Source: the human T2T-CHM13v2.0 reference genome, Homo sapiens. Taken from it: a stretch of 64,000 nt of DNA. How positions within the stretch are numbered: the first letter of the stretch is position 1; each line of letters opens with the position of its first letter. The DNA is taken from NCBI RefSeq assembly GCF_009914755.1, contig NC_060936.1; one strand, 5' to 3'. This document shows, piece after piece, positions 34,691 to 50,300 of the stretch. Below the pieces are notes generated by a model. It did not search any database, was not told the DNA's origin, and saw only the letters and a program-made list of their open reading frames with translations. The position numbers and the translations under genes were made by a program.

Positions 34691-34834
34691 ATCTCAGAGG
34701 GTTGTTGTGAAAATGCAATTGCACATCTCTTAGTATGCAGTATTTATAAGTTAGCTGTGTTTTTTTTTAACAGCGGTTGTGTGTATTATGGAAGTTGTTT
34801 GGATTTATCAAGGATTTTTTAAAGGGATTCCTCA

Positions 34835-34947
34835 GCTGGGCACGATGGCTCATGCCTGTAATCCCTTTTTTTGGTAGAGACGGGGTTTCACCATGGGAGG
34901 CTGATGTGGGCAGATCACCTGAGGTCACCTCGTGTCTACTAAAAATA
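34835..34947 (+). mobile_element. Rearranged Alu left arm containing an antisense Alu patch
   Basis: Sense arm interrupted by reverse-oriented Alu sequence at 34866-34893. Confidence 0.8.
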
Positions 34948-35011
34948 TGTACCTGTCCCTTGGAACTTACAGTCCAGTGATGAAAATGATGGCCTGGATA
35001 ATTAGGGGTAG

Positions 35012-36109
<1,098 letters not shown>

Positions 36110-36947
36110 TCACTGCTGGAAGGTGACAAAGTAGGACTCAACTCAGCTTGACTGGGTGACAATAAGAATAACAGCTGATACGTCTAGGATTCTCTTCTTG
36201 TTTGTGTATTTATCCACTGTGTGAAGTGCTTTATTTGCATGATTTCATTTGGTCTTCTCAGCAACACTCTGAGAAGGGAGGTGCTGTTATTGTTCCCATT
36301 CCACAGATGAGGAAACTGAGGGCCAGCAAGGGAATGCCACCCAGCAGTGAGCAGCAAAGCCAGGGGGTGCTGAGCCCAGGGGGTGCCCTGTCTGCCTGCA
36401 GCTGTTATTGAAGATGTCCCTTTTCTCACCGTCAGGTTTTACTGGAACAGAAGAGAAAGCCAGTGAGATACTAATCATTAGCAATGTTAATATTACCTGA
36501 TATTTAGTTGGCTTTATGCTTTTACAAAATGTACCTCCCTTTCTGTTGCCAGGAAGATTCTAGAGCATGTAGCAAGAAAAGCAAGTAATTGTCTTTCTCT
36601 GCAGCCCTGTGGAATCGTCGAAAGAGCACATACTATACCCTAAAATTAAACCTAGATTGAAGTTCTAGCTCCTTCTGCCTCTGAGACCTTGATTAACCTC
36701 ATTGAGCCCCAGTTTCTCTGTCTTTAAAATGGGAATAGCAGGACTTAACTCATAACACTGTTGTGAGAATTAAATTAAATAACACAAGTCAAGTGCTGGC
36801 TGGTTAGTTAATTATTGTCATTCTGAGGAAGATAAGAGCATTAGCAGCCATCTGTTTATAATTTAAAGTGAGTAAGAAAGTTAGAATCTAACCAAAGTCA
36901 GGATCGAACAGAATACCGTTTTTCAAACTATGTTTCTGGGCCCTTAG

Positions 36948-37315
<368 letters not shown>

Positions 37316-37525
37316 AATAGGCATTTTATAAAAAGGTGTTCTATGGTTAAATAACTTTGGGAAATGCTCTGTATATTATCCCCTACTCACACACTCACAT
37401 AGTAAAGGCTCTGAGAAGTCCCGCAATAAAGAAATTCATTTCACTTTGTTTTCTCTGACACATTTCCAACTTATTAAGCATGGGACCCTTTTATTGAGGA
37501 GCACAGCATCTTGCAGACTCTAGTT

Positions 37526-37730
37526 CAGGAGTCGGCAAACTACAGGTGGGCCCACTGCTTGTTTTTGTAAATAAAGTTCTGTTGGAAACCAGCCATGCCC
37601 ATTTATGTATGCATTGTCTGTGACTTTCACTGTACTGTGGCAGAGTTGAGGAATGATGACAGAGACTCTGTGGCCCACAAATCTTAAAATATTTACTGTC
37701 TGGTCCTTTAAAAAAAAGTCCGCTAAAACT
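37526..37730 (+). mobile_element. MER58A hAT element
   Basis: CAGGAGTCGGCAAACTAC..TTTGTAAATAAAGTT. Confidence 0.8.
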
Positions 37731-37744
37731 GAAGTTAGTGTAAA

Positions 37745-38002
37745 GATGGGGGCAGACATTGGGAATGATGTAGCCACAAGACAAACAATGCCACCAGCCA
37801 CCAGGAACTGGGAGAGGCAAAGAATGACTTTCTTCTCTAGAGTCTCCAGAGGGAATGTGGCCCAGCCAACACTTTGATTTGGGCCCAAGGAAACTAATTT
37901 TGGACTTCTGGCCTCCAGATCTGGGAGAGAATAAGTTTCTTTTGTTTCAAGCCACTCAGCATGTGGCAATTTCCTACAGGAGCTACAAGAAACTAATGAA
38001 CA
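37745..38002 (+). mobile_element. MLT1C/D LTR 3' half
   Basis: CACCAGGAACTGGGAGAGGCAAAG..CAAGAAACTAATGAACA. Confidence 0.75.
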
Positions 38003-38006
38003 GGTG

Positions 38007-38300
38007 GGCCTGGCGCAGTGGCTCATGCCTGTAATCCTAGCACTTTGGGAGGCCGAGCCAGGAGGATCACTTGAATCCAGGAGTTCGAACCCAGCCTGGG
38101 TGGCATGGTGAAACTCTGTCTCTACCAAAAAAAAAAAAATTAGCCTAGCACGGTAGCATATGCATATAGACCCAGCTACTCAGGAGGCTGAGGTGGGAGG
38201 ATCTCTTGAGCCTGGGAGGCAGAGGATGCAGTGAGCCGAGATCACGCCACTGCACCCCAGCCTGGGCAACAGAGCAAGACCCTGTCTTAAAAAAAAAATC
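38007..38300 (+). mobile_element. AluJ
   Basis: Alu consensus match. Confidence 0.88.
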
Positions 38301-39426
38301 AAAAACAAATACACAGGTGTTTATGCCACTTGTATTTGTCAGAGAAGGAAGTTGGTCCATCTCATGAGCGACATTCACAACAGCAGAGGAAACACCTGGT
38401 CTTGTTATGCCAGCAGTGGAGGTTATAAAGTCCTCTGGGTGCAACCGACACCACCTGCCACGGGGGTGATGTTTTATACTCTCCCTCCTCTTGTTCCAGT
38501 TGTCATTAGTTGCCTGTATACATCTGAGATTTTTCATTTTTAGGTTATTTTTGAATATTTTAAAATTATAAAATATTTCAACTATACAGAAAATAATATA
38601 TAACGGGGATCTCCACACCTACCATTGAGATTGAACCTTTTCCATGCTTGCTTCAGATCTTCCTCTTTCCTTTTAGAGAAATAAAAGCCACTCCGCTGAC
38701 CCCACTTACATCCACTGTATTGTTTCCTGTCTGTATTAATCAGGGTATCCCAGGTGCTGCTGTCAACAACACCAAAGTCTCAAAGTTGTCACCCAACATT
38801 CTTTTCAGCTCATCAGAGTCCAGTGGAGGTTGGCCAAGGTGCTCTGCTCCAGGCAGTCATTTAGGGATCGTGGCTTCTTCCATGGAATGAAATCACCATC
38901 CCCCAGGATGTTCTCATAGGACAATTTCTCAACTTGAGGTGTATATAAAAGTCATCTGGAGAGCCTTGAGTAGCAGGGGGATGAGACCTCAGTCTCCACT
39001 GGAACCTCAACATCAGGGGGCCAATGAGGGAAGGGAAACTGGAGAATTACATGAAAGGTTTTTGGCCCAAGGCAGTGGTGCAGAACACTTCCACCCACAT
39101 TCTTTCCTTGGCTAGGACCCAGTCAGAAGGCCTCACCTAACAGCGGATAATCTGGGAAACTTTTGTCTTACTGAGAGCCTGGGGGAAGATTAAGTGGGAC
39201 TTGGGGAACCATGGCAGTATCTCTGCCACATCCTTTGAAATGTGTATTCCTTCTCCTTCCCTAGAGGTTACCACTGGTTCCTTACTTTTACTACACATTT
39301 ATGTCCATAAACAAAATATGGTGTTGGTTTTGGTGCATATCAAATTAACATAGCTTATATTCTACATACATCCTTTTGCAACTTGTGCTGTTACACAGTG
39401 TTGTGTTTTTGAGGTTTGTGTGTATT

Positions 39427-39608
39427 CTTGCTTCTCAAAGTGCAGTCCCTGGACCAGTAGCATGAGCACCTGGCAACTTGTTAGAAATGTAAAGCCTCAG
39501 ACCCCACCCCAGACCTACTGATTCAGAAACTGTGAGGTGGGGCCAGCAGTCTGTGCCTTTCTAAATCCTCCAGATAATTTGAATGCACACTGAAGTTTGA
39601 TAACCACA
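39427..39608. mobile_element. MER5A hAT element
   Basis: TTCTCAAAGTG..CCCCAGACCTACTGATTCAGAAACT. Confidence 0.8.
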
Positions 39609-39881
39609 GATCTTTATTAATATGTGTAGCTCTAGTTCTCAGTTTATTCATTTTTCAGCAATATGTAATATTCTTTGGTTTATTCATCCATTCCCCTAAC
39701 TCATGAGCAATTAGATTGTTTCTTTATTTTTTTACCATTATGTATATTACAGTAATGATCATCTCACTACATATGCACAAAAGTTTCTCTAACACAGCCA
39801 TCTAGAAATGAAATTGTTGAATTTTAGGATTGAGTAGCTTTAGCTTTATCCAGAATCCCAAGACGGTTCTTTCTCGAGGCA

Positions 39882-40170
39882 GGCTGGGTGCGGTGGCTCA
39901 CGCCTGTAATCCCAGCATTTTGGGAGGCCACAGTGGGCAGATGACCCCTAGGAGTTCAAGACCAGCCTAGGCAACACGACAAAACCTTGTCTCTACAAAA
40001 CATACAAAAATTAGCCAGGCATGGTGGTACATGCCTGTAGTTCCAGCTATTCAGGAAGCCGAAGTGGGAGGATTGCTTGAGCCTGGGAAGTAGAGGCTGC
40101 AGTGATCCACGATTACACCACTGCACTCCATCCTGGGTGATGAAGTGAAACCCTGTCAAAAAAGAAAAAG
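39882..40170 (+). mobile_element. AluJ
   Basis: Alu consensus match. Confidence 0.88.
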
Positions 40171-40500
40171 AAGCTATAGCAATTTACACTTCTTCCAATG
40201 CTGGATACAAGTTGTTTTTTCTTGTTTTCCTTTAAGCTTTTCGCATTACTTTGAAATCCCTTATCTTCAAGGTGTACTAGAGACACATTATCAAGAAAGG
40301 GTTAAGACATTGTCTTTTTTTTTTTTTTTTTAGAAGTTTTAGATTTAAACATGGACACAGAACCTGGCTCCATCACTTCCTCTATCGCCCACTGCTTGGT
40401 GGGTTTACTTCTTGATGTTTGATTTTTCTTTGCCTAACAGAGGTAATAGCGGGCAGTTCTCTCTTTTTCCTAATCTTGATGGGAGTGCCTCTAGGATGCC

Positions 40501-41218
40501 TGTAACAGACAAGGTTCGCCAGAGAAACAGAACCAGTAGAATATATGTACATAGATTTATTTTAAGGAATTGCCTTGTAGGACTGCAGGGGCTGGAAAGT
40601 CTGAAATCTGCAGAACAGGCCAGCAGGCTGAAAGCTCTTGGAAGGAGCTGATGCTGCATTTTTTGTTGTTGTTGTTGTTGTTTTTTGACACAGCGTCTCT
40701 CTCTGTCGCCCAGGCTGGAGTGCAATGGCGCAATCTCAGCTCAGTATAACCTTCGCCTCCCGGGTTCCAGCAAGTCTCGTGCCTCAGCCTCCTGAGTAGC
40801 TGGGACCACAGGTGTGAGCCGCCACACTGGCTAATTTTTATAATTTTATTAGAGACAGGGTTTTGCCATGTTGGCCAGGCTGGTCTCGAACTCCTGGCCT
40901 CAACTGATCTGCCTGTCTCGGCTTCCCAAAGTGCTGGGATTACAGGCGTGAGCCACGGTGCCCAGCCCTGATGCTGAAGTCCTGAGGCAGAATTTATTCT
41001 TCCTCGGGGAAACCTCAGTCTTGTTCTTACAGCCCTTCAGCTGATTGGATGAGGTTCACCCAGGATATCAAGGAAAATCTTCATTGCTTATGTCAACTGA
41101 TTGTAGATGTTAACAACATTTACAAAATGCCGTCACAGCAAAACCCAGATCAGTGTTTGATTGCATAACTAAATACTACAGCCTAGCTAGCTGAATCGAG
41201 ACATTAAACTAAACATAT
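40501..41218 (-). mobile_element. MLT2 (ERVL) LTR split by an Alu
   Basis: CCAGAGAAACAGAACCAGTAG..CTGATTGGATGAGG. Confidence 0.8.
40659..40968 (-). mobile_element. AluS
   Basis: Alu match; TSD CTGATGCTG. Confidence 0.9.
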
Positions 41219-41292
41219 AGTCCCCCTTTAAACAAGAGGGCAGCTTTGAAGCTGGCGCTGATGTTTTATCATGTTAACAAAGTATTCATCTT

Positions 41293-41570
<278 letters not shown>

Positions 41571-41582
41571 ATATATATATAT

Positions 41583-41628
<46 letters not shown>
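41571..41628 (+). repeat. (AT)n(AGAT)n compound STR
   Basis: Directly visible. Confidence 0.95.
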
Positions 41629-41677
41629 TCATCTAGTTTAATCTAGTAAAATGTTTAAAATTAAAGATGGTTGTTAT

Positions 41678-41959
41678 GGCCAGGCACAGTGTTTCACATC
41701 TATAATCCTAGCAGTTTAAGAGGCTGAGGCCAGGAGTTCGAGACCAAGCCTGGGCAACATAGTGAGACACCTTCTCTATAAAAAAAATTAATTAAAAAAT
41801 TAGCTGAGCACGGCGGTGCACACCTGTAGTCCCAGCTACTCGGGAGACTGAGGATCCCTTGAGCCTGGGAGTTCGAGGCTGCAGTGAGCCATGGTCATGC
41901 CACTATACTCTCCACCCTGAGTGATACAAGAGACCCTCTCTCAAAAAAAAAAAAAAAAA
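41678..41959 (+). mobile_element. AluJ
   Basis: Alu consensus match. Confidence 0.85.
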
Positions 41960-43007
41960 GCTGTTGAATTTGATCAAAAAGCATTTGATTTTTCTCCTTT
42001 CATCTGTTGCTATGAAGAGCTGCATTATTAGATTTTCTATTAATCCTTACATTCAGTGAACCCCTCTTGATCATAACCTCTTATTCTTTGAATGTACTTC
42101 TGGATTCCGTGTGCCACTGTTCTGCTGGGATTTTTGCTCCTCATTTGTAAAAGTTCTTAAGTGTTCCTCTCCCTTTTTACATGGCTTCCCGGAAATGGCT
42201 CCCGTCACTTTCACTTAGATCTCATTGGCCACCACTCAGTCACACTTACCGCATGGCAGGCTGGGGAGTGTCATCTTGTGGCTGGGTGCCAATGGCCCTA
42301 AGCAAAGATTGAGACGCTTATTTTGAAAGAGGAAGGGGAGAAGGAATATCGGGAGGCACTAGCAATCTCTGTACCGGGGTGATTATCCCTTGTCTATAAA
42401 TGAGAGACTGGAAGCTCAGCAAGGTGTGTTCACTTATCCAGGGTCACACAGCAAGTCTGTGGCCAGGCTGTGACTTCAGAGGCCAGGTCTTCCAGATGCC
42501 AAGGGAGATGCCATTAGGGACCCGTGATAGTAATAAAATAAGAAATATTAGATGATAATACGACGGAGTAATAATAAATATCCAGTGTCCCTAGTACTGG
42601 TCTAAATGCTTCATTAACATGAACTCATTTCATTCTCACAACAATCCTATGAGGTAGACACTCTTAATGCCCCCAATTTGCAGATGAGGAAACTGAGGCA
42701 CAGAGAAGGTAAGTGACTTGCCTGGGGTATGTAAATGACAGGGCTTAGACTCTAAGACTCTTAATCACTGCATGATTCTGCCTCTCCCCGCACCATTCCC
42801 CACTCGCACTCCCCTGACCCAGAGACTGCAACTCAAACAGCAGCAGCCACTGCTCCCTGTGCACCTGCAGAACCATCGAAACTGCTCCCACCAACCCAGG
42901 CACCATACACCCTTGTCCCCAGCCTCCTTACATCCTCTTCCCTCAACTACCCTGGTACCCTCCTTTTCTGTCTGTGGGGCCTGCACCTCACTTTTTCTTG
43001 AGTCTGT

Positions 43008-43585
43008 GTTTTTGTTTTGAGATAGGGTCTTGCTGTGTCACCCAAACCGGTGTGCTTTGATGCGATTGTGGCTCACTACAGCCTCAAACTCCTGGGCTCA
43101 AACGATCCTCCCACCTCAGCCCCCTGAGTAGCTGGGACTACAGGTGTGCACCACACTCAGCTAATTTTTTAATTTTTTCTTTTTAAGACAGTTTCGCTCT
43201 TGTTGCCCAGGCTGGAGGGCAATGGCACGATCTCACTACAACCTCCGCCTCCCAGGTTCAAGTCGTTCTCCTGCCTCAGCCTCCCAAATAACTGGGATTA
43301 CAGGCGCCCGCCACCATGCCCAGCTAATTTTTGTATTTGTTGTAGAGATGGGGGTTTCACCATGTTGGCCAGGCTGGTCTCAAACTCCTGACCTCAGGTG
43401 ATCCACCTGCCTTGGCCTCCTAAAGTGCTCGTGAGCCACCACACCTGGCCTAATTTTTAAGTTTTTTATAGCAACGGGGTCTTGCTGCATTGCCCAGGCT
43501 GGTGTTGAACTCCTGGCCTCAAGAAATCCTCCTGCCTTGGCCTCCCAATGTGCTGGAATTACAGGTGCGAGCCGCTGCATCCAGC
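43008..43585 (-). mobile_element. AluS nested in the linker of an AluJ
   Basis: AluJ arms 43008-43172 and 43451-43585 around the inner Alu. Confidence 0.85.
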
Positions 43586-44383
43586 CTTCATGTTTTGTTG
43601 CTGTCCTTGTGTTTTGTTTTGTTTTTCCCTTCACTCTGCCCCCTGGGAGACTCCCAAAGGCTACATTCTGCCACCAAGGGACGCAGCAGGGACAGGGCCC
43701 CAGCAGGCACCTGGGATTTCCCACACCCCACCCTCTACTGGATGAAGATGGTGGGGAGGTTTTGGGTGATTTATTTATTTATCTAGTCCCGCCTGGCTCC
43801 ACACCCCCCAAGCTGTTGTTCCGCCACTAGAGAAGATGAAAAACAACCTCAGACAATGGAAGACAAGGCTTGCCACATGGCCCCCGCAGTTTAATTTCCT
43901 TTAATTCATTTTCTATTGAACCAAATGATACTGTTTGTTTTTAATGGCAAACGGCAGGGAGGAGGGGCGGTCAGGCCTCCTCCTGGGGAAATTAGGAACA
44001 TAGCTGCTATTGAAATTCTTGCTCCCCGTCCTGTGCTCCCCCTGGCTCCCCCACTCTCACCCCCAGCACTGGGCCGTTGGAAATCGACCTCCAGGTTGAA
44101 AGATGATACTTGTCACCAGCTCAGATGGTCACTGTCTGGCGAGCTGGCCTGGCTCCGCCCCAGCTGCCATCAGCCCCTTTTAGGATGGCCGCCCCATCCC
44201 AAGGCCCACCCTTCTGTGGTTATAACTGGATGCACAGGGCCGGAGCCATGGCTTTTTTGGTGCCCCTCTCCCCTGCCTATCGCTGGTAATCCTGAGCAGG
44301 CACCTAGTCCTTGCTGGAGCCATCCAGTGCCCTCCCCCAGGAACTGAAGAACACAGAGGCTGGGCACAGTTAGAGCTGAGTTT

Positions 44384-44413
44384 GTTCATTCATTCATTCA
44401 TTCATTCATTCAT
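44384..44413 (+). repeat. (TTCA)n microsatellite
   Basis: Directly visible. Confidence 0.9.
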
Positions 44414-44851
44414 CACCTGGGAGCAGAGTCGTGGCTGCATCCCAGTCCTCCTCCATCAGAGGTTGCGTTTGAACTCGATTCCTGGTGGTTCAGGTGCTGA
44501 CAGGAGTTGAGAAGTGCTGATGAGAGGAGAGGTCCTTCCACTTCGTTGTGAGGTTTCGGCAACTCCTTCATGTGGCCTGGGGGGTCCAGCGCTTCTTTGA
44601 AGTCCGAGAAGATCCACAATCTTTCCAAAGCCCCCTCTTTTTTGCTGGAATGGGCCAGAGTCAGCTCCAGTTCTCGCAGGTAAAGAGCACTTTGATATGC
44701 AACCAGCCCCTTTGGGAGAGGCTTTGGCCTGCTCATGGCTTCACTGGGAGCCATGCCAAGATGGTCAGTTCCCGATTCAGACATCCCGGAGGTCTCTCTG
44801 GTTCCTCAAAGACTGGGCTTCACCCCTGCCCTCTTTTTCACAGACCGGTAG

Positions 44852-45163
<312 letters not shown>

Positions 45164-46301
45164 CAGAAATACCTTCTTATTCTGCTGATTTGAGGAAACC
45201 AAGTCCCCAAAGTGACCAGTTCTGGGTCACATGATTTGTTTTCTCATGCATTCATTCTGCAGATATATTGGACACCCCAGAGTGCCGAGACCTATGCTAG
45301 GCATGGGGTTCTGCAGACCAGGAGTTTCACGCTGAAAGCTCACAGTCCAGTGGGGGTGTTGCAGGCAAGGAAGCAGTCACTCCAAGGCCCTCTGGGAAAA
45401 CAGAGAATGGACACCTAAACCAGTCCCCAGCAGAGACTTCCTGAAGAAGGTGACATCAGAGCTGAGTTTTAAAGCAGGGCTGGGAGTTACCCAGGCATCG
45501 CAAAGCCACAAGGGCACGGCAGGAAGAGGGGACAGCCGCAGCCATGGTGTGGAAGTGGAAAACAGTTCGGGGTGTGCGTTTTTCCAGATAACTCCTGAAC
45601 ATCCCATTCCCACCAGACTCTAAGCTCCATGGGGGCAGAATAAGAATCTGCCCAGTGGCTCAGGGTAGGTGAGTGAGTGACTCTCAAATAAAGTGATGAG
45701 CAAACAGCAGTGGTTGGTATGAATTTGCTCACAGGGCAAAGCAGGGAGACTCACGTTCTTGGCTCCGAGACCCACCCTGACCCACCTTTCCAAACTACAT
45801 CATGGGTATGTGGTGGCAACCCCTGCTGTGGGGTGCTGGGGGAATTAATCATCAAGCTAAGGGCTGATCATTTTTCTCTTCTTCAACTCAATGATTAAGC
45901 AAGGCAGCCAGGCTCCCTGAGGGGGCCTTGGAGGTGTCTACTTTGGCTCCCTGCTCCTGAGGGGGAAGACAGGGACTGCTGTGTTGGTTTCCTGCTTTTT
46001 GCTTCCATTGGGGTAGGGGGGACTACCCTGCTTCCATATTTCCCCCAGATGTTTCTCCTTCCCTGGAGAGAAGAAAAGGTAGCAGAACTGAGATTTGGCC
46101 TCAGGGAGCCCACTGATAACACGTCTCAACTTTTAGCTTGTCCAGAAAGGTTCCAGAGTGGATTGGAAAGAGCTTGGGCTCTGGAGTCAGGTGGATCTGA
46201 GCTGGAATTTTGGTTCCACCATTTCCATCAGTATCACTTCCAGTCAGTCACCTCCCTTCTCCGTGCCTCAGTTTCCTCATCTGTAAAAAAGGAAGTTATC
46301 C

Positions 46302-46440
46302 ACCAGGCATGATGGCTCACGCTACTCGGAAGTTTGTCTTTCCAGCTACTAGGAAGGCTGAGGTGGGAGGATGGCTTGAGCCCAAGAGTTCAAGTCCAGG
46401 TGGGCAACATAGAAAGACCCCCATTTCAAAAAAAAAAGAA
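46302..46440 (+). mobile_element. Alu monomer (FLAM-like) within MIR
   Basis: Single arm and A tail. Confidence 0.7.
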
Positions 46441-46562
46441 ATATTCCTGTTTACCTCTGGAGGTAGGGTGGAGACTGGAGGTGATTTAAAAAATAAATGG
46501 AAGCAATGCAGGTGGAGGTGATTTTAGCAATCCCTGGCACATGTAAATGCTCAATGGGTGTA

Positions 46563-46864
46563 TTTTTTTTTTTTCCTTTTTTTGAGACAGAGTCTCACTC
46601 TGTCGCCCAGGCTGGAGTGCAGTGGGGCCATCTCGGCTCACTGCAACCTCTGTTTCCCAGGTTCAAGCAATCCTTGTGCCTCAGTCTCCTGAGCAGCTGG
46701 GATTACAGGCGCCCACCACCACACCTGGCTAATTTTTGTATTTTTAGTAGAGACGAGTTTTCGCCATGTTGGCCAGGCTGATCTTAAACTCCTGACCTCA
46801 AATAATCTGCCCGCCTTGGCCTCCCAAAGTGCTGGGATTACAGGCGTGAGCCAACGCACCCGGC
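46563..46864 (-). mobile_element. AluS
   Basis: Alu consensus match. Confidence 0.9.
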
Positions 46865-47450
46865 ATGCGTGCGCGTGCGTTTGTGCATGTGTGTGTCTGT
46901 GTGTGTGTGCATCCACCCTCATGACCCTCGTGGAAATCCAGGCCCTGTTGCAGGGGGCTTGGCAGCCCACCGAGGCTTTGCTGGCCTCTGGCTCTTCTCC
47001 TCGGGGCCCAGAAGTGCTAAGATCAGAACCCTGAATGGAAGGAAGGAAAAGAAGGGAGGAAATATTATCCTTACTAGTTACCAATAGGCACCAGCCCTGG
47101 ACTGGGTCCTGGGGCTGCCTGGTTTGAATCCTGCCTTTGCCACTAGCTATATACCCTCGGGTGAGTGAGTTCACCGGGTCAAACTCTGATGCCTCTTCTG
47201 TGTACATGACTGATGATGTTACCTGGCTCCAGGAGGAGCCCGGTGAGGAACAAATGAGGTCATGAGGTTTAGAACAGAGTTTTCAGTGCCTGCTCAATCT
47301 CAGCTGTTGGGATAAGACCTGACCCTGACTTCAAGGGGCTGATGGAGAGGTGGGGCAGAGACACACAAAAGAACAAGAACAAGACAGAGGGAGATGGCAC
47401 CTGGAACACAGACTTATTTCCTGCTGCAGCCTTATCCAGGGTGCCTGGCA

Positions 47451-47524
47451 CATAGCAGCCCGACATAAATACACACTGAGTGATGACCATAGCAGCCCGA
47501 CATAAATACACGTTGAGTGACAAC
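47451..47524 (+). repeat. 37-bp tandem duplication of an L2-like terminus
   Basis: Two copies starting CATAGCAGCCCGACATAAATACAC. Confidence 0.9.
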
Positions 47525-47598
47525 GCAGAGATGCAGGCAGAGGACGGGGATGGCAGAGGGAGGAGAGGAGGGACAGCTCTGTTCCCTCATGGGCCTGA

Positions 47599-48022
<424 letters not shown>

Positions 48023-48149
48023 TAGGGCTGTTCCTATCTTAGGAGGAGGAAACCATCGTTCCAAGAGTTTCAATACCTTGTCCATAATCCCACGCCATTC
48101 AGAGGCAAGGGAGTCCTTTGGTTTTCTGTTTTGTTTTGTCATTTGTTTT

Positions 48150-48447
48150 TGTTTTTTTCTTTTGAAACAGGGTCTCACTCTGTCACCCAGGCTGGAGTGC
48201 AGTGGCACGATCACGATTCATTGCAGCCATGACCTCCCAGGCTCAAGCCATCTTCCTGCCTCAGCCTCCCCGATAACTGGGACTACAGGCATGTGCCACC
48301 ATGCCTGGCTAATTTTTTTTGTATTTTTTGTAGAGACAGGGTTTTGCCATGTTATCCAGGTTGGCCTTGAACTCTTGGTCTCAAGCGATCCACCCACCTT
48401 GGCCTCCTCCCAAAGTGCTGGGATTACAGGTGTGAGCCTCCTGGCCA
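48150..48447 (-). mobile_element. AluJ
   Basis: Alu match; TSD CAAGGGAGTCCTTT. Confidence 0.9.
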
Positions 48448-48489
48448 AGGGAGTCCTTTTGAATGCTTGCCTGGCCTTCGCCTCTCTTC

Positions 48490-48920
48490 CCAGCCCGACA
48501 CCTCAGCCATCGCTTGCCAAGTGTTTTGAATGCCTCTTAGGGCTGAATCATGCTCTTGTTCTCTCACCTCCTCCAGGCCTTTGCAGTGGCTGTTCCCTGT
48601 GCTAGGAACACTGTCTCCCCAGCCCCATCTGGCTGACCCCTCATCACCCCATCACCCTCAGGTGTTTAGATATCATTTCCACTTGGAAGTCTAAACTTGT
48701 GGTTGGGTGACTCACCTGTGTGCTTCCATAGCCCCGAGGCCACTTCTGTTGTGAATGCATCATGTGATGTTGTGTTTGCTGGTTTGTCTCCCCCATTAGG
48801 ACTTAAAACTTGGCAAGAACAGAGATCAAGTCTCTTGTATATTTCATTTTATTCCCAGCACAGTGCATGGTACATAGCAGGTACTCAAAACACATACGCT
48901 GAAGGTAATTAATTCATGAG
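48490..48920 (+). mobile_element. L2 3' fragment
   Basis: Ends CACAGTGCATGGTACATAGCAGGTACTCAA. Confidence 0.65.
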
Positions 48921-49369
48921 AATGTTGCAGATATTTCTCCCTTCACTATATTTTCTCTGAAGCAGGCAGTGTGAATTCAGTTGGAAGGGTCTACTAGACT
49001 TGGAGTCAAGCAGGTTCCATTCCCAGCTCTTTCACTTATAAGTCATGGACCTTGGATGAGTCAGTAGCCTTCTCTAAGCCTCAGTGTTCTTCCGTATATA
49101 ATGGGGATAGTATTCATGATGTGAAGATTAAACAGGACCATACCTTTAATATGAATGAAGCCTTTTGATCACTACAGCTTAGTAAGTGCTAGGCTCGATT
49201 TATCAATTAGTGAAAAAACAAGGTAAGCAGAGGAAACGGGGCCTTGGAAAACATGACCCCAGCCCTCCCCGTGTCATTCTCCAGGAGTAGATGATGATAG
49301 TCATTGTCATGGCAACATTGTAGAAGCCAGTCACCATGCACGTACTACCTGCCAGCCACTGTCCTAGGC

Positions 49370-49790
49370 ACTTTCCATTCATCCATTTCTTCATCCACTG
49401 AACCAGTATTTTTTGGCCACCTATTCTGTACCAGGCCCAGGACTAGGTCCCAGAAATACAGCAGTGAAGAAGCAGAGCATGCACTTTCAAGGGACTTAGA
49501 TAAAAAGATGCTGAAATCAGTAGGCAATATGTCAGATGGAGATCAAACAGGGAGTGTCATTGTTTGCAGGGCGGGGAAGGGAGGGCGATGCTCTTTTAGA
49601 CAGTGGTGGGGGGTAGGGAGAAGGTAACATTCATGCAAAGCCTTGAAGGAAGCAAGGGAGTGTGCCATGTGGATATGTGGGGAAGAGGATTCCAGGCTGG
49701 GGAAACAGCATATGTAAAGGCCCTGAGGTGGAAACGTGCTTGGCAAGGTTAAGGAGCAATGAGCCTGTGTGGCTGGAGCAGAAGAAGGGG
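49370..49790 (-). mobile_element. L2 fragment
   Basis: Reverse-strand L2 3' motifs. Confidence 0.65.
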
Positions 49791-49792
49791 CA

Positions 49793-50300
49793 GGGCAACT
49801 TCATGGGCAAGCACCCTTTGCAGAAGGCCCAAACACTTGGTTTAATGCTCCACTGTTGCCGTATGATATTTTTTTTTTTTTCCGACAGAGTCTCACTCTG
49901 TTGCCCAGACTGCTGGAGTGTGCAGTGGTGCAATCTCGGCTGGCTGCAACCTCTGCCTCCTGGGTTCAAGTGATTCTCATGCTTCAGCCTCCCGAGTAGC
50001 TGGGATTACAGGCATGCACCACCACGCCCAGCTAAGTTTTCTATTTTTAGTACAGATGGTGTTTCACCTGCGTGCAAGCATGCCCAGCTAAATTTTTGTA
50101 TTTTTAGTAGAAATGGGGTTTCACTATGTTAGCCAGGCCGGTCACAAACTCCTGACCTCAGGTGACCCGCCTGCGTCGGCCTCCCAAAGTGCTGGGATTA
50201 CAGACATGAGCCACGGCGCCCAGCCGAGATTCTTAGTATGTCAACAAGGGGCCCTGCATTTTAATTTTACACTGGGTATCATAAATGATGTAGCCGGTCC
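49793..50300. mobile_element. MER91-like hAT element split by an Alu
   Basis: TTGGTTTAATGCTCCACTGTTGCC..GGGGCCCTGCATTTT. Confidence 0.5.
49868..50225 (-). mobile_element. AluS with duplicated linker region
   Basis: Linker present twice (~50025-50068 and ~50083-50125). Confidence 0.85.

Noticed and set aside
37520-38128. Longest ORF in the track (202 aa, minus strand)
   Set aside because: Runs through Alu, MLT1 and MER58 fragments; no coding signature
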